A DNA stretch of 64,000 nucleotides from Promethearchaeota archaeon (GTDB lineage Archaea > Asgardarchaeota > Lokiarchaeia > Sigyniarchaeales > SOKP01): contig JAHPZA010000004.1 of NCBI GenBank assembly GCA_019058445.1, positions 1-64,000 of the forward strand, given 5' to 3'. Under the pieces are notes generated by a model. That model made no database searches and was not told the DNA's origin. It saw only the letters and a program-made list of their open reading frames with translations. Shown here in pieces: positions 57,789 through 64,000 of this stretch. Both the position numbers and the translations under genes were made by a program. The stretch's first letter is position 1. Each line of letters opens with the position of its first letter.

Positions 57789-58181
57789 ATGCCTTTAGTT
57801 AGAGTAGAGATTTTAAAAGGAAAAAGCTCAGAATATAAAAGAGCCATACTAAATGGAATTCATGCCGCTTTAAAAGAAGCTTTAAAAATCCCCGATTATG
57901 ATAGAACACAACGATTATATGAGCTCGATAAATCTAACTTCGAAATTCATAGACAAAGATCAGAAAACTATACAATAATCGAAATAACCATGTTTAGAGG
58001 TCGAAGTCTCGAAGCGAAAAGAAAGCTATATTCAGAAATTGTGAAGAATCTAAAATGTGCCCCAGGAATCGATGGAATGGATATTGTAATTGTTGTACAT
58101 GAGCCTAAATTAGAGAATTGGGGTATTCGAGGAGGAAAACTTCCAAATGAGGCGGGATTAGAATTTAAAATCGAAGTCTAA
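57789..58181 (+). CDS. Tautomerase superfamily protein
   Basis: N-terminal catalytic Pro (MPLVRV), GRSLEAKRKLY, ENWGIRGG. Confidence 0.9.
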   Translation: MPLVRVEILKGKSSEYKRAILNGIHAALKEALKIPDYDRTQRLYELDKSNFEIHRQRSENYTIIEITMFRGRSLEAKRKLYSEIVKNLKCAPGIDGMDIVIVVHEPKLENWGIRGGKLPNEAGLEFKIEV

Positions 58182-58345
58182 CAATTAATTTTTTTTTTTA
58201 AATTATAGCATTAGTTTTTAATCCAATCTGATTGATAGTAAATAGATCTTATCTATTATCGGAAAGAATGGTCAGAAAACAAAAAGTTTTTAACATATGA
58301 GATTATTTTTTTTTATAATTAACAACTACATTGGGAATAAAAAAA

Positions 58346-58459
58346 ATGAAAACGCTTCGAAAAAGCATTACTTTTGATATAAAAATAAGTTTGAGGCGAA
58401 TTTCTTCCCTAGTCTTGTTGTTAAGTTTATTAGATCTACTTTTATTATTATTACTTTAA
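58346..58459 (+). CDS. Putative Leu-rich leader peptide of leuA (37 aa; 22 aa if started at TTG 58391)
   Basis: MKTLRKSITFDIKISLRRISSLVLLLSLLDLLLLLLL*; 13 of the last 16 codons are Leu, using CTA, TTG, TTA and CTT. Confidence 0.7.
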   Translation: MKTLRKSITFDIKISLRRISSLVLLLSLLDLLLLLLL

Positions 58460-58516
58460 GCCTCGTCTCGTTTTATAATATTTGAGGTCTTTGATCTCTT
58501 ATAAACGTGGTGGGGC
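58392..58516 (+). promoter_or_regulatory. Attenuator-like alternative RNA structures in the leuA leader
   Basis: 58460-58478 pairs with 58499-58516 around an inner GAGGTC/GATCTC hairpin; alternatively 58463-58470 pairs with 58392-58399 inside the leader ORF. Confidence 0.6.
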
Positions 58517-58552
58517 GTTGTAATATAAATAAATCAAATTAGGTAATTTAAA

Positions 58553-60166
58553 ATGACAGAAAAAGAGGACATATATGTCTCGCAGATGATGGATAAAATA
58601 CGAGGGTCATTGATCCTTCCTGAAAGGGCGTATTTTTTTGATACGACCCTTCGTGATGGAGAACAGACACCAGGAATTAGTTTCAATCATGAAGAAAAAT
58701 TATCAATAGCTCAAGCTTTAAATGAACTAGGGATTGATATCATTGAGGCTGGATTTCCCGTTATTTCTGAGGGAGATTTTAAAGCATGCAAAGATATTTC
58801 TAAAATGGGTTTAGATTCCGAAATAATGGGTTTAGCTCGCATAAAGAAAATCGACATTGATAAAGTTATTGAAGCAGATATGGATAGCATACACGTGTTT
58901 ATTGCAACTTCAGATCTTCACATGAAAGAAAAATTGCAGATGACACGAGAAGAAGTATTAAAGGATATAGCAGAACTAACTTCATATGCTAAGGAGCATT
59001 ATTCAACAGTTTTATTTTCAGCAGAGGATGCAACACGGTCTGACTTGGATTTTTTAATTAAAGCTAATAAAACTGCTGTTGAAAGTGGCGCTACTCGGGT
59101 AAATATACCAGATACTGTTGGTACCATAACTCCTAATGCTTTTGGTTATATCATTCGAAAAAATTATGAAGCACTACCTAAAAACATAAGAATTGCCGCT
59201 CACTGCCATAACGATTTTGGATTGGCAGTTGCAAATACTATTGCTGCGTTTGAGAATGGGGCGTCTGAGGCACAAACTACAATAATAGGATTAGGAGAAC
59301 GAGCGGGAAACGCGGCTTTCGAGGAAACAGCCATGTCTCTTTATGCTTTATATCGAATACCTATGAATATCAATACCAGAAAAATTTTTCCTACAGCAAA
59401 ATTAATAGAAAGCTATTGTGGTGGAAAGATTAAAATAGGAAGATTGCAGCCATTAATCGGCCAAAATGCGTTTGCCCATGAATCTGGCATTCATGCTCAT
59501 GGAATGATAAAACATGCGCGTGTGTATGAACCAATTACACCAGAATTGATAGGAATTCGACGCTCTGATGATGTTGAGCAAATAGTTAAAAAATCGATTA
59601 AATTAGGAAAGCATACAGGAGGGCATGCCCTTAAAGCAAAATTAGAGGATTTAGGAATTCATCCTACAGATATACAATTTAGAAAAATCTTCGATCATAT
59701 CAAAAGATTTGGAGATAAAGGGCATGAAGTAATGGAAGAAGATTTTTTAGCAATTGTAAAAGATGTTATGGGTGAACTACCCGAAGAAGAGCAATATGTA
59801 AAAATTGAGGAACTGACGGTTTTAACCGGCTCCGTTACTCCTACCAGTACCGTTAGGTTAAAGATTCGTAATAATGGAGATTATATAGAAAGAACTGAAT
59901 CTTCTATAGGCGTAGGTCCTGTTGATGCATCATGTAGAGCAATAGTTAAATGCTTTGAGCCTATGAGTAAAGTTAAGCTTTTGGAATATAATATTGATGC
60001 TGTGACTGGAGGAACTGAAGCTTTAGGACATGTTTCCATTGAGTTAATGGATTTAGAAACTAATAATATTGTAAGGGCATCTGCTGCTCATGAGGATATA
60101 GTAATGAGCTCCGTACTTGCGCTTATAAAAGGACTCAATCGTATCGTGAAAGATAAAAATCCATAA
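58553..60166 (+). CDS. leuA: 2-isopropylmalate synthase (DRE-TIM family with regulatory domain)
   Basis: DTTLRDGEQ, FSAEDATR, PDTVG, HCHNDFG, GERAGNA, AHESGIH, GVGPVDA. The Leu-rich leader favours LeuA over CimA. Confidence 0.85.
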   Translation: MTEKEDIYVSQMMDKIRGSLILPERAYFFDTTLRDGEQTPGISFNHEEKLSIAQALNELGIDIIEAGFPVISEGDFKACKDISKMGLDSEIMGLARIKKIDIDKVIEADMDSIHVFIATSDLHMKEKLQMTREEVLKDIAELTSYAKEHYSTVLFSAEDATRSDLDFLIKANKTAVESGATRVNIPDTVGTITPNAFGYIIRKNYEALPKNIRIAAHCHNDFGLAVANTIAAFENGASEAQTTIIGLGERAGNAAFEETAMSLYALYRIPMNINTRKIFPTAKLIESYCGGKIKIGRLQPLIGQNAFAHESGIHAHGMIKHARVYEPITPELIGIRRSDDVEQIVKKSIKLGKHTGGHALKAKLEDLGIHPTDIQFRKIFDHIKRFGDKGHEVMEEDFLAIVKDVMGELPEEEQYVKIEELTVLTGSVTPTSTVRLKIRNNGDYIERTESSIGVGPVDASCRAIVKCFEPMSKVKLLEYNIDAVTGGTEALGHVSIELMDLETNNIVRASAAHEDIVMSSVLALIKGLNRIVKDKNP

Positions 60167-60221
60167 AATACGATTTTATTTTTATTATTCTTTTTCTTTT
60201 TATTACAGTCAAATTCATAAG

Positions 60222-61406
60222 CTATTTTAAGAACTCTTCAAGAGAATTATAGACAATTTCTAAAGTATCTAAATCTGGTAAAAATGTTATTCTAAAATGA
60301 TCTTTTCCATAATTACCAAAACCAGAGCCATAAACAGTGCAAATTCCCGTCTTTTTAAGAAGATCTAACACGAATTCTTTATCATTATTCCATTGAGTAA
60401 ATTCTTTAAAATCAATTTTAGGAAATAAATAAAAAGTCCCATCAGCGTTATTACAGGTTAATCCTTCGATTTGCTTTATTCGCTTATAGGAATAATCGCG
60501 TCTCTCTCTTAATTTTTTGACCATTTCATCTGTATGAGGGCCAGGATTTCGAATAGCTTCAATAGCAGCAAATTGAGCTACAGAATTTGCACATAATCTT
60601 GCTCGAGCTAATTTTTCAATACCCTCCTTTAATTCTGCTAATTTATTTAGCTTATCATGGTAATAGATATATCCCATTCGCCACCCGGTTGCAAGATGAG
60701 CTTTTGAAAATCCATTCATTCCAATAATAGGTACGTCATTACTAAGAGAACTAGGACATACATATTCTTTTTCATAGGTTATTTGATCATAGATTTCATC
60801 AGATAAAATAGGTAAATCATATTCACCTGCTAAATCAATGATCTGTTTGATTTTATTTCTACTATATACTATTCCCGTTGGATTATTGGGAGAACAAATC
60901 AAAATGGCTTTAGTTTTATTAGTAATTTTCTTTCTCAAATCATCAATATTAGGTTCCCAATTATCACTTTCGTCAAGTTCATATTCTACTGGAATCCCAT
61001 CAAAAAATTTGGAATAATTAATATAAACTGGATAGGACGGACCAGGGATAAGAAATTCATTATTATTATCTAATAATCCGGCCATAACAAAAAAAATACC
61101 TTCTGTGACTCCAGATGTAATTAAAACATCGTCCGGCTTAAGATCTATGTCATTTTTATTATTTTCATATTTACATATCGCTTCGCGTAGCTCCCTCACA
61201 CCTAAACTATCAACATAATAATTTTGTCCAGCAAAGGTAGCATCCGCAGATGCTTGTGAAATATATTCTGGAGTTTTAAAGTCATATATAACTGGATCTC
61301 CAATATTTAAGTGATATATTTTTTGACCTGTTTTTTTCAGTTCATTCGCGACTGCTGCTACATCTCTTATTGCGTATTCGAGATCTCTTAACCTCCTAGT
61401 AACCAT
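60222..61406 (-). CDS. PLP-dependent class I/II aminotransferase (alanine aminotransferase-like)
   Basis: YAIRD, LNIGDP, PNNPTG, SDEIYD, GFSKAHLATGWRMG, HFRITFLP. Confidence 0.9.
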   Translation of the reverse strand: MVTRRLRDLEYAIRDVAAVANELKKTGQKIYHLNIGDPVIYDFKTPEYISQASADATFAGQNYYVDSLGVRELREAICKYENNKNDIDLKPDDVLITSGVTEGIFFVMAGLLDNNNEFLIPGPSYPVYINYSKFFDGIPVEYELDESDNWEPNIDDLRKKITNKTKAILICSPNNPTGIVYSRNKIKQIIDLAGEYDLPILSDEIYDQITYEKEYVCPSSLSNDVPIIGMNGFSKAHLATGWRMGYIYYHDKLNKLAELKEGIEKLARARLCANSVAQFAAIEAIRNPGPHTDEMVKKLRERRDYSYKRIKQIEGLTCNNADGTFYLFPKIDFKEFTQWNNDKEFVLDLLKKTGICTVYGSGFGNYGKDHFRITFLPDLDTLEIVYNSLEEFLK

Positions 61407-61561
61407 CGCATTTCACAGACTATTACGTGTGTATTATAAATTTATGAATAGGGTTTTTTGTATTAGAATAATGTAGAATTTTAATATCTTTTCAAAACAT
61501 AAAATTAAATGATTGAATTTTCATTAATTACAAAAAACCTAATTATGAGGTTCATAACTCT

Positions 61562-64000
61562 TTGACAATCATTGAAGGAAAAACAGCATACCCTTATATC
61601 ACCGAATTTAAAAAGGAGCCATTTAAATCATTCGCTTTTATTAAAAGAAGGGACATAGGCAATTTCTTTTTGAGTTCTTATGATAAAGCCATTCATTTTT
61701 ATCGCCATTTTAATGATAATCTATTAAAACATCCAGATTTGAACCTTGAAAATATTTATTGGTTTCTTTTGTTAAGAAAGTATTTAAAGGAAGATAAAGA
61801 GACAAAAAGCAATGAAATTTATGATTTTATAAAGAAATGCATCGTCCATGTTGATAATAAGCTTGGATTTAGATTTTCTCCGAATTCGAAAAATTACCCC
61901 GATATTTGGTCTACTTATTTTGCCTTAGCGAGTCTAAAACTATTAGGGATATTAAACGAATTCTTATCAGCTGAAGGAACAGACCAAAATATAAGAGAGA
62001 TAATGAATTTTATTTTGTCTCATAAAAAAGGGAATTTATTTGTCCATTGTCTAAATGCAGATTGTAAAATCGATAAGAAAACTTCTTCAACAAGAACTTT
62101 ATATTTTGTGTTAGAATCTTTAATATTATTAGGGATGAATATAAGTGCGAGTAGGGATAAATTTACATCCTATTTAGGCAGTTTAAAAAAAGATCCCTCC
62201 GTAGTCTACAGGTTATTATGCCTTAAGTTTTTAGATTTAGAACATGATGTTGATGAAAAAATACTTCAATACCTCTATCAATTCCAAAAGGAAAATGGAG
62301 GTTTTAGCTTTAAAAAAATTAACGGAGATTTAAATACTTCATTTTGGCTGGTATATGCATTAGATAATTATTATTGGCTGTTAGATTATAATCCCGTAGG
62401 AATTTACTCCTTTCTAAATTCTACCTTAAATGATATTTTAAGCTCGGAATCGAATAGAACTATTATTAAATTAATGGAGCTTTCAAAATCTATTATCCTC
62501 CTTTCAATAATTTGGAAGAAATTCATAGATGAGATAGAAAGAGTTATATTTAAGCAATTAGAACAAGAAGAGCATTATGTGGATTTATATTTAATCACTT
62601 CTAAATTTGGGTTAATTCATGGAATTGATGAGGTAATCTCATATATTAATTTAAACTATACTTTTAAACTAAGAATCTTAGATAATAAAATAGAATTTAA
62701 TAATTTTATGCGGAACTTAAGTAACAGTCAAAATACTATAGTTTCTGAAATTTATAACCAATTGAGGCAAAAAAATATTGTATCCCTTAGTGAAATTCAT
62801 AAAAAATATAAAAGATCTTTCAAATTAAAGGAAGACATTTTTCCCTTAGTTAAAGAATTAATGAATAGAAATTTCTTTAAGGGGAAGATTGTCAAGAAGA
62901 GGTTTAATAAGTTTTATCTATATTTAGATTTTTTCATTGAAAAAGTAATAGTTTCCGATACTGAAATTAACTTAAGCCAAATATTAAATGAAAAGGAGAC
63001 TCTGAAGGATATTAAAAATGATATTTACAATATGACTTTAAAACTTAGAAACACATCTAGACGTATAAAAGTAGAAATTGAATCTTACCTAATAATTGAT
63101 GAGATAGATTATGCTAAAGAAAGACTGAAATTTATTCTACGAAATGCCTTAATGGACGCTGATTTTCTTAATGAAAATATTGAAAATTCCTTTAATTTAG
63201 ATTTATATTATATCAATATTCATAGTGTTTTAAAAAATGAAATTTCTAACTGGTATAAAATTTATTCAGTTTTAAGCAAGCGTCTAAGTGAAATTGATTC
63301 ATATCTTAAAGAAAAAATTGCCGAAAAAGAAGAACTTCGAAACTTAAATAAAACATTAGATCAATTAGATGAAAAGATTTTTAATTTTAGCCAATCTATT
63401 AGTAGAAAAATCGACGAATTCCGAATTAACTTAAGAGAATTTAATGAAGTTGAATATATCGATTCTGGTTATTCTGAATTAATTAAAAATTTTGAGGAAA
63501 TAAGAACAAATACTCAAGAATTCGATAAGAAAATCTATGAAATCTCTCAAAAAATAGTATCAAAAGACGAATTTATCACTGAAAAAAGAAAAAAGGTGAT
63601 AAACAATTGGCTAGGCATTAATGAAGAGCTAACTGAAATATTTAATTATTATCTGAGCGGTTTTAACTTTTTCAAAGAGAATTTAGATAAGTTAAATATC
63701 ATGAGAAATGATATTAAAGGAAAATTATTAAATATCACTGAACAAACACAACTAAGAGTAAAAGAAAATCGATTTCAAGAAGCATTTGACTTGATAAAAA
63801 AAGAAACCGACGATCTTTTAAATGTAATAAAGGAAAAGATCGATAACTATCAAAAGACTATTAAGGATGAACTCGAGAATAGGCAGAAATTATATCTCCT
63901 TTTTAGAATGTTAAATAAAATGTCGGAAAATCTCGAGGAGGATATAATAGAATCTATCTCAGAACAAGTTCAATTTCTCAAAAACAAAGTCATCAAAGAA
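61562..64000 (+). CDS. Large protein (at least 813 aa, truncated by window): prenyltransferase-like repeats + PCI/wHTH-like segment + long coiled coil
   Basis: Manual translation from TTG 61562 is open to the window end: PDIWSTYFALASL, YLYQFQKENGGFS, VKELMNRNFFKGKI, then heptad-rich E/K/L/I sequence. Confidence 0.75.
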   Translation, partial: MTIIEGKTAYPYITEFKKEPFKSFAFIKRRDIGNFFLSSYDKAIHFYRHFNDNLLKHPDLNLENIYWFLLLRKYLKEDKETKSNEIYDFIKKCIVHVDNKLGFRFSPNSKNYPDIWSTYFALASLKLLGILNEFLSAEGTDQNIREIMNFILSHKKGNLFVHCLNADCKIDKKTSSTRTLYFVLESLILLGMNISASRDKFTSYLGSLKKDPSVVYRLLCLKFLDLEHDVDEKILQYLYQFQKENGGFSFKKINGDLNTSFWLVYALDNYYWLLDYNPVGIYSFLNSTLNDILSSESNRTIIKLMELSKSIILLSIIWKKFIDEIERVIFKQLEQEEHYVDLYLITSKFGLIHGIDEVISYINLNYTFKLRILDNKIEFNNFMRNLSNSQNTIVSEIYNQLRQKNIVSLSEIHKKYKRSFKLKEDIFPLVKELMNRNFFKGKIVKKRFNKFYLYLDFFIEKVIVSDTEINLSQILNEKETLKDIKNDIYNMTLKLRNTSRRIKVEIESYLIIDEIDYAKERLKFILRNALMDADFLNENIENSFNLDLYYINIHSVLKNEISNWYKIYSVLSKRLSEIDSYLKEKIAEKEELRNLNKTLDQLDEKIFNFSQSISRKIDEFRINLREFNEVEYIDSGYSELIKNFEEIRTNTQEFDKKIYEISQKIVSKDEFITEKRKKVINNWLGINEELTEIFNYYLSGFNFFKENLDKLNIMRNDIKGKLLNITEQTQLRVKENRFQEAFDLIKKETDDLLNVIKEKIDNYQKTIKDELENRQKLYLLFRMLNKMSENLEEDIIESISEQVQFLKNKVIKE

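Noticed and set aside
1-64000. tRNA, rRNA, transposase or provirus
   Set aside because: No GC-rich structured RNA gene, DDE/tyrosine recombinase or viral hallmark recognised by eye; tRNAscan-SE/Infernal would be needed to exclude small RNAs.

Overview
AT-rich archaeal chromosomal segment with no rRNA, tRNA, CRISPR array or transposase that I can see. It is most consistent with an Asgard (Lokiarchaeia-like) genome: single-chain archaeal TBP, an Arf-like small GTPase with an N-terminal longin-like domain, a longin-TM protein, a UEV/E2-like domain, GGTGA-type Shine-Dalgarno motifs and several 7TM-like membrane proteins. Main contents: accessory small genes, lysX-lysZ-lysW, a PAS kinase/receiver pair, tbp, a MacB/LolCDE-type ABC pair, a six-gene ABC-2 operon with unusual fusions, two FAD/CCG oxidoreductase modules, a flavodoxin-SCP2-SCP2-membrane fusion, four tandem paralogous membrane proteins with PaaI and PadR, leuA, an aminotransferase, and a large window-truncated prenyltransferase-fold/PCI-like/coiled-coil protein. 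Top observations: (1) an unannotated Leu-rich leader peptide with alternative RNA pairings upstream of leuA, suggesting attenuation-like control in an archaeon; (2) the ABC-2 operon at 31863-41125, which carries a prenyltransferase-barrel-TM-NBD fusion, a UEV-like/degenerate-NBD fusion and a longin-4TM protein; (3) probable non-canonical start codons, a 25-bp-phased ACGT array, a shared operator ahead of two paralogous regulators, and a dispersed ~35-bp repeat. All protein calls come from motif recognition by eye; no database searches were run.
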